A stretch of DNA of 64,000 nucleotides. Origin: Aquirhabdus sp. GTDB lineage: Bacteria > Pseudomonadota > Gammaproteobacteria > Pseudomonadales > Moraxellaceae. Below, in pieces: positions 51,301 through 60,527 of the stretch. Made by a program: the position numbers and the translations under genes. Under the pieces are notes generated by a model that worked only from the letters and a program-made list of their open reading frames with translations, did no database searches and was not told the origin of the DNA. Location of the stretch: positions 13,366 to 77,365 of the forward strand of contig JASLGO010000049.1 in assembly GCA_030150135.1 (NCBI GenBank), written 5' to 3'. The first letter of the stretch is position 1, and each line of letters begins with the position of its first letter.

Positions 51301-51559
51301 AGGTGCAGTACTTCGCTTGCGTCCTGTATTGATGACTGCTTGTGTGGCATCGCTGGGCTTTATTCCTATGGCTCTTGCTACGGGAACAGGCGCAGAGGTG
51401 CAGCGACCTTTAGCGACAGTCGTGATCGGTGGGATATTATCCTCGACGCTGCTGACCTTGATTTTACTCCCTGTTCTGTATCGTTGGTTAAACGTGTGGC
51501 AGGCGAGTCGTCAGGCAAAGGCTGCTCCGACGGTTGATCCTTCATTGCAATCAAAATGA
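48347..51559 (+). CDS. czcA: CzcA/CusA heavy-metal RND permease
   Basis: [48 protein letters not shown]. Confidence 0.95.
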   Translation: [1070 protein letters not shown]

Positions 51560-51586
51560 TAATGGATCTTTTCGTGCAACTTAGAC

Positions 51587-51680
51587 CTTCATAAAATCCT
51601 CAGAAGTCCCTCTTTAGAAAAAGAGGGACTAATGAAAAGAGAGTCAAGGGAGATTTGACAAGGGTATAAGATCAATAAAC
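51587..51680 (+). repeat. palindromic REP/MITE-like element, single copy
   Basis: AGTCCCTCTTT-agaa-AAAGAGGGACT..GGGAGATTTGA..GATCAATAAAC; homologous to the reverse complement of 24562-24636 and to 45450-45505. Confidence 0.8.
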
Positions 51681-51796
51681 TTCGATTTTAATAACCATAA
51701 AAAAACACAGTGCTTCTTACTTATAAAAATGTTAATAATATTCAGTTATATTGCTTTATTTTTATAAAAACCATCATTTTAAATGCAAGGAATGCA

Positions 51797-53689
51797 ATGA
51801 GTTCTCCAAATCAATTTAGTTTGCTTAAACAACGCCGTTTTGCGCCATTTTTTTGGACGATGTTTTTGGGTGCGTTCAATGACAATATCTATAAAAACGC
51901 TCTTGTCATTCTGGTGGCATTTCAAGGCGTGCAATTGTTCGGGTTAGGTTCAAGTGATTTGGTCAATCTAGCGGGTGCAATTTTTATTGCGCCATATATT
52001 GTACTGTCTGCAACCGCAGGTCAGATTGCTGATAAATATGAAAAATCTGTCTTGATTCAGCGCATTAAACTCTTAGAAATTAGCCTGATGGTTTTGGGGG
52101 CAGCAGGGTTTTATTGGCATAGTGTGCCGTTACTTTTTGCCATGTTATTTGGTTTAGGGTGCCAAGCGGCACTGATGGGCCCTGTTAAATACAGCTTTAT
52201 GCCTCAACATCTCAACGATACTGAGCTCACAGGCGGGAATGGTTTAGTTGAGACAGGGATGTATGTCGCGATTCTCAGCGGGACATTGCTCGGTGGTTTG
52301 CTCATGGAAGATCACGTCCATGGTGCAATGTTAGTCGCTTTGGGCACACTGGCATGTGCAGTGATGGGATATCTGCTGAGTCGGTTTATTCCCAAGTCAC
52401 CATCGGATGATGCAAATCTGAAAATCAACTGGAACTTTTTGACCGAAACTGCTCGCAATTGGCGGATGTTGCAAGACCAACGTACCTTACGTCTGGCGAT
52501 TTTAGGCAACTCGTGGTTCTGGTTTTATGGTGCGATTATTCTGGCGCAGATTCCAGCGTACACACAAACTGTTTTGCATGGTGATGAAAGTGTGACGACG
52601 CTGCTGTTAGCGGTGTTTTCTGTGGGAATTGGTTTTGGTTCATTACTCTGTGAAAGATTATCGCGTGGACGAGTTGAGATTGGTCTCGTGCCTTTTGGTG
52701 CGTTTGGTTTAACAATTTTTGCGCTGTTATTGGTTTGGATCAACGCGCCGAGCGTGGCGGCGGGAACAGTTTTGACGGCAACACAATTACTGCATGATCC
52801 GCAAAGCTGGAAAATTCTCGTGACTTTGGCGTTGATCGGCATGTTTGGTGGTTTTTATATCGTGCCGCTTTATGCGATGTTACAAGCCGATGCAAAACCC
52901 AGTGAACGCGCCCGCGTCATTGCTGCCAACAACATCATGAATGCGATTTTTATCGTGGTCTCCGCTGTGTTTGCGATCGTTCTTTATCAATTACATTTCT
53001 CGATTCTGCAACTGATCTGTGCTGTTGCAGTACTGAATGCGTTGGTGGCGATTTATATTTTTACGATTGTTCCGCAGTTTTTGGTGCGTTTTGTGTTGTG
53101 GTTATTGATTAATACCATTTATCGCGTGCGTTCAGAAGGTTTACAGCATATTCCTGAAACTGGACCTGCGCTATTGATTTGTAATCATGTTTCTTATGTC
53201 GATGCGTTGATTATTGGCACTGAAATCCATCGACCGCCGCGCTTTATCATGGATCATTTGATTTTTAAGACACCTGTGTTGGGCGGATTTTTTCGTACGA
53301 TGAAAGCGATTCCGATTGCCTCAGTGAAAGACGATCCCACCATGAAAGAGAAGGCATTTGATACCGCCGCACAAGCCTTACGTGACGGTGAGCTTGTGAT
53401 GATCTTTCCTGAAGGTACGCTGACTAAAACTGGTGATTTCAATACTTTTCGCAACGGCATGTTAGAGATTCTTGCGCGCGAACCTGCGCCTGTTGTTCCG
53501 ATGGCGTTGCGAGGCTTATGGGGCAGTTTCTTTTCTCGAATTGAAGGCGGCACGGCAATGATTCGACCGTTTCGTCGTGGCTTCTTTAACCGTGTCGAAC
53601 TGGTGGTTGCTGCACCGATTGCGCCGACTGAGGTGACGATGGAAAAGTTACAGCAGCAGGTTGCAGAGTTACGAGGGGATTTTAAATAG
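51797..53689 (+). CDS. MFS (LplT-like) + PlsC acyltransferase fusion (Aas-related)
   Basis: FLGAFNDNIYKN, GPVKYS; C-terminal NHVSYVD (HX4D) and IFPEG. Confidence 0.9.
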   Translation: MSSPNQFSLLKQRRFAPFFWTMFLGAFNDNIYKNALVILVAFQGVQLFGLGSSDLVNLAGAIFIAPYIVLSATAGQIADKYEKSVLIQRIKLLEISLMVLGAAGFYWHSVPLLFAMLFGLGCQAALMGPVKYSFMPQHLNDTELTGGNGLVETGMYVAILSGTLLGGLLMEDHVHGAMLVALGTLACAVMGYLLSRFIPKSPSDDANLKINWNFLTETARNWRMLQDQRTLRLAILGNSWFWFYGAIILAQIPAYTQTVLHGDESVTTLLLAVFSVGIGFGSLLCERLSRGRVEIGLVPFGAFGLTIFALLLVWINAPSVAAGTVLTATQLLHDPQSWKILVTLALIGMFGGFYIVPLYAMLQADAKPSERARVIAANNIMNAIFIVVSAVFAIVLYQLHFSILQLICAVAVLNALVAIYIFTIVPQFLVRFVLWLLINTIYRVRSEGLQHIPETGPALLICNHVSYVDALIIGTEIHRPPRFIMDHLIFKTPVLGGFFRTMKAIPIASVKDDPTMKEKAFDTAAQALRDGELVMIFPEGTLTKTGDFNTFRNGMLEILAREPAPVVPMALRGLWGSFFSRIEGGTAMIRPFRRGFFNRVELVVAAPIAPTEVTMEKLQQQVAELRGDFK

Positions 53690-53855
53690 ATCTGTGACCA
53701 TGTTTATTCTTATGAAAACTGATAATACGCTGAATCACAAAAAATAAACGTCATTGTATTGGCAAATCATTCTGGTTCGGCTCAATATCATTGATAGAGC
53801 AAGGAAATCGTTTCTTGTGATCTGAGGCGACGCTCATTTATCAAGGACTGAGATC

Positions 53856-54860
53856 ATGACGATAAAAATAGGAATTAATGGCTTTGGTCGTATTGGACGT
53901 TTGGCGTTACGCGCTGGATGGGATCGACCTGATTTTGAATTCATCCAGATCAATGACCCGTCAGGCAGCACAGCAACCCATGCGCATCTGCTGAATTTTG
54001 ATTCGGTGCATGGACGATTTAAACATGAAGCACATGCTGAAGGTGATTTCATTGTTATTGATAAAAAACGTATTCAGGTCACGCATCATCATACGATTGC
54101 GGATACGGATTGGTCGGCATGTGATGTGGTCATTGAAACCAGTGGCAGAGTAAAAAATGCCGCAGCCGTTCAAGATTACCTGAGCCAAGGTGTTAAGCGT
54201 GTTGTTGTCTCCGCGCCCGTACAAGATCAAGGGGTGTTGAATGTGGTGATGGGGGTTAATGATCATCTATTTGATCCTGCCAAACATCATGTTTTAACCG
54301 CTGCATCGTGCACGACCAATTGCCTTGCGCCTGTGGTGAAAGTCATTCACGAACATTTCAAAATTCGTCATGGTTCGATGACAACCATCCATGATCTGAC
54401 CAATACCCAAAGTTTACTTGATCAAGCTAATGATGATTTACGTCTGGCGCGTGCTGCGGGAATCAGTCTGATTCCAAGTACGACAGGCTCAGCCAAAGCC
54501 ATTGCCGAGATTTTCCCCGAACTCAAAGGTCGCTTAAATGGTCACTCAGTCCGAGTACCGCTTGCCAATTCTTCTCTGACGGATTGCGTCTTTGAGGTTG
54601 AACGCACAACGACGGTCGAAGAAGTGAATCAACTTCTCAAAGATGCAGCGAATGGTAAGTTGCAAGGGATTTTGGGTTATGAGGAGAGACCACTAGTCTC
54701 TGTAGACTATCTTAGCGATCCGCGTTCGTCGATTATTGATGCGTTGTCTACGATGGTTGTAAATGGTACACATGTAAAAATCTATGCGTGGTATGACAAT
54801 GAATGGGGTTACTCAAACCGCTTGATTGAACTGGTTAAATTAGTTGGTACAAAGCATTAA
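53856..54860 (+). CDS. ArsJ-associated-type glyceraldehyde-3-phosphate dehydrogenase
   Basis: [16 protein letters not shown], subfamily-type [10 protein letters not shown] and [20 protein letters not shown]. Confidence 0.85.
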   Translation: MTIKIGINGFGRIGRLALRAGWDRPDFEFIQINDPSGSTATHAHLLNFDSVHGRFKHEAHAEGDFIVIDKKRIQVTHHHTIADTDWSACDVVIETSGRVKNAAAVQDYLSQGVKRVVVSAPVQDQGVLNVVMGVNDHLFDPAKHHVLTAASCTTNCLAPVVKVIHEHFKIRHGSMTTIHDLTNTQSLLDQANDDLRLARAAGISLIPSTTGSAKAIAEIFPELKGRLNGHSVRVPLANSSLTDCVFEVERTTTVEEVNQLLKDAANGKLQGILGYEERPLVSVDYLSDPRSSIIDALSTMVVNGTHVKIYAWYDNEWGYSNRLIELVKLVGTKH

Positions 54861-54890
54861 ATCGATAAATCAATGACAAGGATATTTGAA

Positions 54891-55652
54891 ATGAATACTG
54901 AAAATACCGTTCGTTCGCAAGTCAGTGAAGCTGAATGGGAGGCACGCGTTAATCTCGCAGCGTGTTATCGATTGGTGGCGCATTTTCATTGGGATGATTT
55001 AATTTTTACCCATATTTCTGCGCGTGTGCCTGGGCCTGAGCATCATTTTTTGATCAATCCTTATGGGATGTTGTTTGATGAAATCACGGCATCCAGTCTG
55101 GTCAAAGTCAATTTGGCGGGCGAGAAAGTCATGGACAGCCCATATAACATCAATCCCGCAGGCTTTACGATTCACAGTGCGATTCATGCGGCTAGAGAAG
55201 ATGCCAAATGTGTCTTGCATGTCCATAGCATCAATGGTGTCGCGGTGTCGGCACAAAAAGAAGGTTTATTACCCCTGTCACAGCAGTCGATTTTTGTCTT
55301 GGCGTCGCTGGCGTATCACAATTATGAAGGCGTGGCGCTGCGTGATGATGAGAAGCCGCGATTGGTGAATGATCTAGGCGATAAGAATTTCTTTATGCTG
55401 CGTAATCATGGCTTATTAACACTTGCCGAGACGATTCCTGATGCGTTTTTGTTTATGTATTTGTTTGAAGCAGCGTGCATGATTCAGGTTCGGGCGCAGG
55501 CGGGTGGTGGTGAGCTGATTCCGATTGATCAGCGGATTATTGATGGGGCGATGGCGCAAGCGGCGGCGGTAACGCGTGGGGCAGGCGGGGCGTTGGCGTG
55601 GCCTGCGTTGCTGCGGAGGTTGGATCGGATTGATCCAAGTTTTAGGGATTAA
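54891..55652 (+). CDS. class II aldolase/adducin family protein
   Basis: HISAR, NPAGFTIHSAIH, HVHS, LRNHGLL. Confidence 0.9.
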   Translation: MNTENTVRSQVSEAEWEARVNLAACYRLVAHFHWDDLIFTHISARVPGPEHHFLINPYGMLFDEITASSLVKVNLAGEKVMDSPYNINPAGFTIHSAIHAAREDAKCVLHVHSINGVAVSAQKEGLLPLSQQSIFVLASLAYHNYEGVALRDDEKPRLVNDLGDKNFFMLRNHGLLTLAETIPDAFLFMYLFEAACMIQVRAQAGGGELIPIDQRIIDGAMAQAAAVTRGAGGALAWPALLRRLDRIDPSFRD

Positions 55653-55718
55653 GGTTAGGTTATAAGAGGCTAAAAGTTCATTTGTAGCTTATTTAAGAAG
55701 ATATTAAGGAGTTTAATT

Positions 55719-56150
55719 TTGGCTGCATACGATAAAGTAGATTGGCATTGTGGTGGTAATTATCCTAGTGATTTACCGATGGAAAATGGAGGTACGCATA
55801 TTGGAATGTTCCTTGCGTGGGTCATAAGTCGTGGATTAGAAGGAGAATTCTTGCGTTCAAAAGCAGCGGTAGAGGTGCAGGCGGTTCGTAATCGTCAGAT
55901 GACAGGACGGGAATTCTTATTTGAGGTATGCGATGGAAAGTTTTGGGAGGACACGCTTAGTGCTGAGGGTAACGCTTTCGCCAAAAACTATTACGAAGGC
56001 AACATTTACTTTAGCGACTATGATAAGTATGTCGGCAAAGAACTTTTGAGTCTTTACCATGTAGAAGATAGTTGGGAAAATTTTGATCAGATTTCTGTTG
56101 TAATTGATAAAAGATTTGCTGATTGGCAGACTATTCACAATCGGTCTTGA
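55719..56150 (+). CDS. conserved-looking hypothetical protein
   Basis: TTG start with SD AAGGAG; YDKVDWH..THIGMFLAW..EGNAFAKNYY pattern. Confidence 0.7.
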   Translation: MAAYDKVDWHCGGNYPSDLPMENGGTHIGMFLAWVISRGLEGEFLRSKAAVEVQAVRNRQMTGREFLFEVCDGKFWEDTLSAEGNAFAKNYYEGNIYFSDYDKYVGKELLSLYHVEDSWENFDQISVVIDKRFADWQTIHNRS

Positions 56151-56227
56151 TTGCCAATCACCGTGACCTATGAATGAAAGAGTTACATCTTTACCGTCAA
56201 TCCTTTGCTTACGTGGTGTATCAAAAT

Positions 56228-56252
56228 GTAGAGTACGCACTGCGCACCCTAC
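56228..56252 (-). repeat. GTAG-type REP-like palindrome
   Basis: Minus strand GTAGGGTGCGCAGTGCGTACTCTAC. Confidence 0.6.
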
Positions 56253-56274
56253 TGAATTCAATTAAAATGACTCG

Positions 56275-56904
56275 TTAGCTAGCATTTTTCTCTGGATTAA
56301 ATCCATCCCAACTTTGAAAAACATCCATAAAGCCAGGAACTGTTTTTTCGCGTGCCCAATCACGTTGCAGTTCACAATAGAGTTGTGTCTTGCTGATTAG
56401 CTTACCACCAGCTTGCTCAATACGACGCAGAGCAGCCTCATGCGCTGCGACTGATGTGCCACCGACTGCATCAACGACAACATAAACTTCAAAGCCTTCT
56501 CTGATTGCATCGAGCGCAGGAAATGTAAGACATGCTTCTGTCCACAGCGCGGTCATGATCAGTTTTTTGCGGCCTGTTGCGATGACGGCTTGTTTAAATT
56601 CAACGTCTTCCCAACTGTTGATCGTTGTGCGGTCATAGGTTGGATATTTGCTTAAAACATCCATAAGAGGCTGAATTGGTGGTTTATTTCTACCAGTTTT
56701 GACATTGACCGTGGAGTGTACGATTGGAAGATCGTAATTCACGGCTGCCATAGCGGTGTGAACGATGTTAAACACCAGTTCATCGTGGTTCATCGAACGA
56801 ATTGAACTGACTTGAATGGGCTGGTAATCAATGATGATCAATGCCGAGTTTTGTGGGGTGAGTAAATGGTCGGTATGTGGATTGCGAATGACTTCACTGG
56901 TCAT
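56275..56904 (-). CDS. isochorismatase-family hydrolase (YcaC-like)
   Basis: IIDYQP, DRTTINSWED, LWTEAC, ELQRDW. Confidence 0.9.
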   Translation of the reverse strand: MTSEVIRNPHTDHLLTPQNSALIIIDYQPIQVSSIRSMNHDELVFNIVHTAMAAVNYDLPIVHSTVNVKTGRNKPPIQPLMDVLSKYPTYDRTTINSWEDVEFKQAVIATGRKKLIMTALWTEACLTFPALDAIREGFEVYVVVDAVGGTSVAAHEAALRRIEQAGGKLISKTQLYCELQRDWAREKTVPGFMDVFQSWDGFNPEKNAS

Positions 56905-57206
56905 GATATTGTCCTTAATTTGATTGTTTGGTAAAGGTAACAACAACTTAGGGGGATCAAAAACGCCTACAACGTATTAATCATTTTATAATCGACGTTT
57001 TTATTGATCTTGCTCCAAAATCATACCGATCTCAATGCTGGGTCAATGTGTAAATTTTTATTTAATAGATTATTCGCTGTTTTATCTATTTGTATTTATT
57101 AGTGAAAAATATTTTATTTTTTACGCGGGCAATATTAAGGTCATTAAAAATTGTTGCTTTTATGTTGGGGCATGGAACACTTGTTACACGCCCTCATTTT
57201 TTCTAC

Positions 57207-58307
57207 TTACGCCACCACCGACTTCATCTCAAGCGGACGCGCAGCCTTCGACGGTAGCGCATGACGCAGAATCCGCCAGCCGACTTGGGCAAATTGTTTG
57301 ACGAATGAACCTTCGTTGTAGTGTTGACCATAACGTTTGCAAATATCTTTGATCTCAACCGACAAGCCTTTATAGCGCCATGCAGGAATATCAGGGAACA
57401 GATGATGTTCGATCTGATGACTCAAGTTGCCTGACAGGATGTCAAACAGCTTGCCGCCTGTGAGATTTGATGAACCACGGATCTGACGCATGTACCAATG
57501 CCCACGGCTTTCATCTTTCAATACACTCTTTGGAAAAATCTCTGCGTCTTGTGTGAAGTGACCGCAGAAAATAATCGAGAATGTCCAGATATTGCGCATC
57601 CCATTTGCGATAAAGTTCCCCGCAAAAACAGGCAAAAACATTGGACCTGCGATCAATGGGAAAAATACGTAATCTTTGATCAACTGCTTGGTGATTTTCT
57701 TTTTGGTGGGTTCAAATTCGACTTTGAACTCTTCCATGGATTTTTTACCATTAAATAATAATCCCAAGCGTAATTCCTGAATCGCCACGCCCCATTGAAA
57801 GAGTAGGGCAAAAATCACGGCGTAAATTGGTTGACCCAAGAAAAAGGGTTTCCAGCGTTGTTCTGGAAACAGACGAAGTAAGCCATAACCAATGTCGTCA
57901 TCGACACCTTTGATGTTGGTATAGGTATGGTGCATGTAGTTATGTGTTTTACGCCAATGATCGCTTGTGCCAACAGTGTCCCACTCATAGGTTTTGCCGC
58001 TCAGCGTCGGATCGCCCATCCAGTCATATTGACCATGCATGACGTTATGACCGAGTTCCATATTTTCCAGAATTTTGGAGACACCCAGTAATGCAGTGCC
58101 TGCGACCCACGCAGGTGGGAACAAACTTGCCATCAGCAGGCCGCGACCAAGGGCGTTGGTATAGCGGACAGATTTCACAATTCGACGGATATAGGTGGCA
58201 TCTTTTTCGCCTAAATCAGCGATAACACGCGCACGGACGGCATCAATTTCTGCAGCAAATTGATCCAGTTCTTCTTGGCTTAGGCTACGACTTAATGGAC
58301 TGTTCAT
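57207..58307 (-). CDS. acyl-CoA (delta-9) desaturase, DesB/DesA3-like
   Basis: His boxes GHNVMHGQ, HNYMHH, HQIEHH. Confidence 0.92.
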   Translation of the reverse strand: MNSPLSRSLSQEELDQFAAEIDAVRARVIADLGEKDATYIRRIVKSVRYTNALGRGLLMASLFPPAWVAGTALLGVSKILENMELGHNVMHGQYDWMGDPTLSGKTYEWDTVGTSDHWRKTHNYMHHTYTNIKGVDDDIGYGLLRLFPEQRWKPFFLGQPIYAVIFALLFQWGVAIQELRLGLLFNGKKSMEEFKVEFEPTKKKITKQLIKDYVFFPLIAGPMFLPVFAGNFIANGMRNIWTFSIIFCGHFTQDAEIFPKSVLKDESRGHWYMRQIRGSSNLTGGKLFDILSGNLSHQIEHHLFPDIPAWRYKGLSVEIKDICKRYGQHYNEGSFVKQFAQVGWRILRHALPSKAARPLEMKSVVA

Positions 58308-58358
58308 GTTGAGTTTACTCAATTTAATTTTAGAAAATAAATGTCTAGTTGGTATTGG

Positions 58359-59447
58359 TTATAGGTCGAGGGTCAGATCGGAACGTGCGCTACTGACACA
58401 GATACGTACGCTAGAACCTGTCTCAGTGTCGCGATCTTTGGTCAATACGTGTTCCGTAGTTCCTGTCTGTTTAGTGCACACGCAGGTATTGCAAATTCCC
58501 ATGCGACAGCCTGAAGCAGGTTTGATGCCTTGAGCTTCTAGTGCGGTCAGAATGGATTGTCCAACGGGAATACTGATACGGCGATTGCTTTTGGTGAGCT
58601 GAATGTTGACGTGTTCGGTCGTCTCGAAATCAAGCTGGGGAATACTAAAAGCTTCGCCATGAAAGTCTTTGGCTGTGTGCTGAGTGAATTGACGTGCTTG
58701 TTCAACAAAGTCGGCAGGACCACAAGAATAAACGGCATGTTGATCCAGATCAGAGATCAGTGTTTGCAGAATTTTAGAGCTAATCCGTTCACTAAATTGC
58801 TGATTTTCTGTTTTTTCCTGAGTCAGAATATAGTGAACTTTAATGTTTGAATGAGCATTGGTAAGCTGAGTAAATTCATTGACAAAACACAGTTCAGCTT
58901 GTGTTTTTGCCCAATAGATCAATGTTACTTGACCGTGTGCGCCTTGTTTGACCCATTCACGAATTAGGCTAATAAATGGCGTAATCCCGCTTCCAGCAGC
59001 TAAAAACAAATGCTTCTGATGAGACTCTGAAAGAGTCATTTCACCAAAAGGTTCATCAAGCTCAACTACCTGCCCGACTTTGGCGTATTCGGTGAACCAT
59101 GTACTGGCTTTGCCGCCACGGATACGTTTGATCGTGATATTAAAGACACCTTTTTGCTGTGGCACAAGAGTAGGGCTATAGCTACGTGTCACGCGACTGC
59201 CATTAATTTCGGTTGTAATGTTGATGTGTTGACCCGCTAAGAAAGGTTTGGCATGACGATTCGGTTTTAATGTAAGTGTGACGCTGTCTCGTCCTTCGAT
59301 TTGGCGTGCGACGATGCGTGCCAAGGGACGTTGCCAAGACCAAGTTGGATGAATGTGACGTGCCCAAAAGTCGAAATAATCAGGAGAAAAAATAGATTTA
59401 ACAACGGTTTGTAGTGGTGATTCTTGTTGCAGGACAATTGAATTCAT
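58359..59447 (-). CDS. ferredoxin reductase (FNR + 2Fe-2S), desaturase electron-transfer partner
   Basis: RSYS, AGSGITP, CGP, GCRMGICNTC..C. Confidence 0.9.
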   Translation of the reverse strand: MNSIVLQQESPLQTVVKSIFSPDYFDFWARHIHPTWSWQRPLARIVARQIEGRDSVTLTLKPNRHAKPFLAGQHINITTEINGSRVTRSYSPTLVPQQKGVFNITIKRIRGGKASTWFTEYAKVGQVVELDEPFGEMTLSESHQKHLFLAAGSGITPFISLIREWVKQGAHGQVTLIYWAKTQAELCFVNEFTQLTNAHSNIKVHYILTQEKTENQQFSERISSKILQTLISDLDQHAVYSCGPADFVEQARQFTQHTAKDFHGEAFSIPQLDFETTEHVNIQLTKSNRRISIPVGQSILTALEAQGIKPASGCRMGICNTCVCTKQTGTTEHVLTKDRDTETGSSVRICVSSARSDLTLDL

Positions 59448-59489
59448 TGTTGTATTCCAAGCCACACGAAGTTTGATTGGAAGTAATTA

Positions 59490-59511
59490 TACACTTGTCT
59501 ATACAAGTGTA
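59490..59511. promoter_or_regulatory. FabR/DesT-type operator
   Basis: TACACTTGT-ctat-ACAAGTGTA, containing TACAAGTGTA, between divergent desaturase operon and fabR. Confidence 0.7.
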
Positions 59512-59582
59512 AAGTATCTTTACACTTTGTCACATATCTCTTTATAATCGTCAATGCTTATTGATTAACAGTTGACCCACTT

Positions 59583-60272
59583 ATGTTGAATCCTGCACTG
59601 TCATTGACAGAACAAACCACTGAAGTTGTGGAAGATATTTCTGCTCATCCGCCACGTGTCCCACAAGGTCGTAAAGCTGTTATTTCAAGTGAAGAACTGA
59701 TTGCAGCCGCATTAAAGCTTGTTGGACCTCATCGTAGTATCTCTACATTAAGCTTGCGTGAAATTGCACGTGAGGCTGGTATTGCGCCAAATAGTTTTTA
59801 TCGGCATTTTCGGGATATTGATGAGTTAGCAATTGCTTTAATTGAACTGGCAGGAACGTCATTGCGCAAAGTGCTGAGCGAGGCGCGCCAACGTGCAACG
59901 ACGACGCGTAGTGTTGTGCAAACCTCCATTGAAGTGTTTATGGAGCAGTTGAGTATTGATGATGGCTTTTTGCCGATCTTATTGCGTGAGGGACGTGCGG
60001 GTTCGACAGCATTTAAGCAGGCAGTCGATCGCCAACTTTGTTTTTTTGAAGAAGAATTACAGCAAGATCTGGTACGCCTTGCGGCATTACGCGGTCAGAC
60101 ATTACATGAACCCGCCTTGGCAGCACGAGCAATCACACGACTGGTGTTTGCGATGGCACCTGTAGCGATGGATCTTCCTCCTGAGGGACAGGAAAAAATG
60201 ATGGCTGAAATGATGACCATGATTCGGATGATTTTGGCAGGTGCCCAAACGATTATTAATGATGAAAGGTAA
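59583..60272 (+). CDS. fabR: TetR-family fatty-acid repressor FabR/DesT
   Basis: LSLREIAREAGIAPNSFYRHFRDIDEL; divergent from desaturase operon. Confidence 0.88.
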   Translation: MLNPALSLTEQTTEVVEDISAHPPRVPQGRKAVISSEELIAAALKLVGPHRSISTLSLREIAREAGIAPNSFYRHFRDIDELAIALIELAGTSLRKVLSEARQRATTTRSVVQTSIEVFMEQLSIDDGFLPILLREGRAGSTAFKQAVDRQLCFFEEELQQDLVRLAALRGQTLHEPALAARAITRLVFAMAPVAMDLPPEGQEKMMAEMMTMIRMILAGAQTIINDER

Positions 60273-60450
60273 TTAAGCTGTAAGATTCAATATGTCATCA
60301 CAATGTGCAATAACAACAGAAGCCAACGTTCACTATTCCGACAAATAATGCTCTAAATCTTGGATCTCATTTTCCAGAAAAAGGTGATATTTGAGGCTCA
60401 ATCTCTTTTGATAGAGTGAGTAAATGAGGTTTTATAATTTTTGCTCACAT

Positions 60451-60487
60451 AAAAAAGCGCCTTACAATATTTTGTAAGGCGCTTTTT
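60451..60487. terminator. bidirectional intrinsic terminator
   Basis: AAAAAAGCGCCTTACAA-tatt-TTGTAAGGCGCTTTTT. Confidence 0.85.
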
Positions 60488-60527
60488 GCTTTTACATCAC
60501 TGTTTTTTAAATAGCAGCTTGGCACTT

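Noticed and set aside
45405..51680. czcCBA as a composite transposon bracketed by repeats
   Set aside because: No transposase or target duplication was seen, czcI lies outside the bracket, and the repeats also occur beside core genes.
7883..51680. CRISPR array or integron attC interpretation of the repeats
   Set aside because: Copies are dispersed over tens of kb, with no regular spacers, cas genes, integrase or attC core sites.
51797..53689. MFS gene upstream of GAPDH as arsJ
   Set aside because: It is an LplT-like MFS fused to a PlsC acyltransferase domain, not ArsJ.
55917..56261. 114-aa minus-strand ORF
   Set aside because: Overlaps the better-supported plus-strand gene and runs through the REP-like palindrome.
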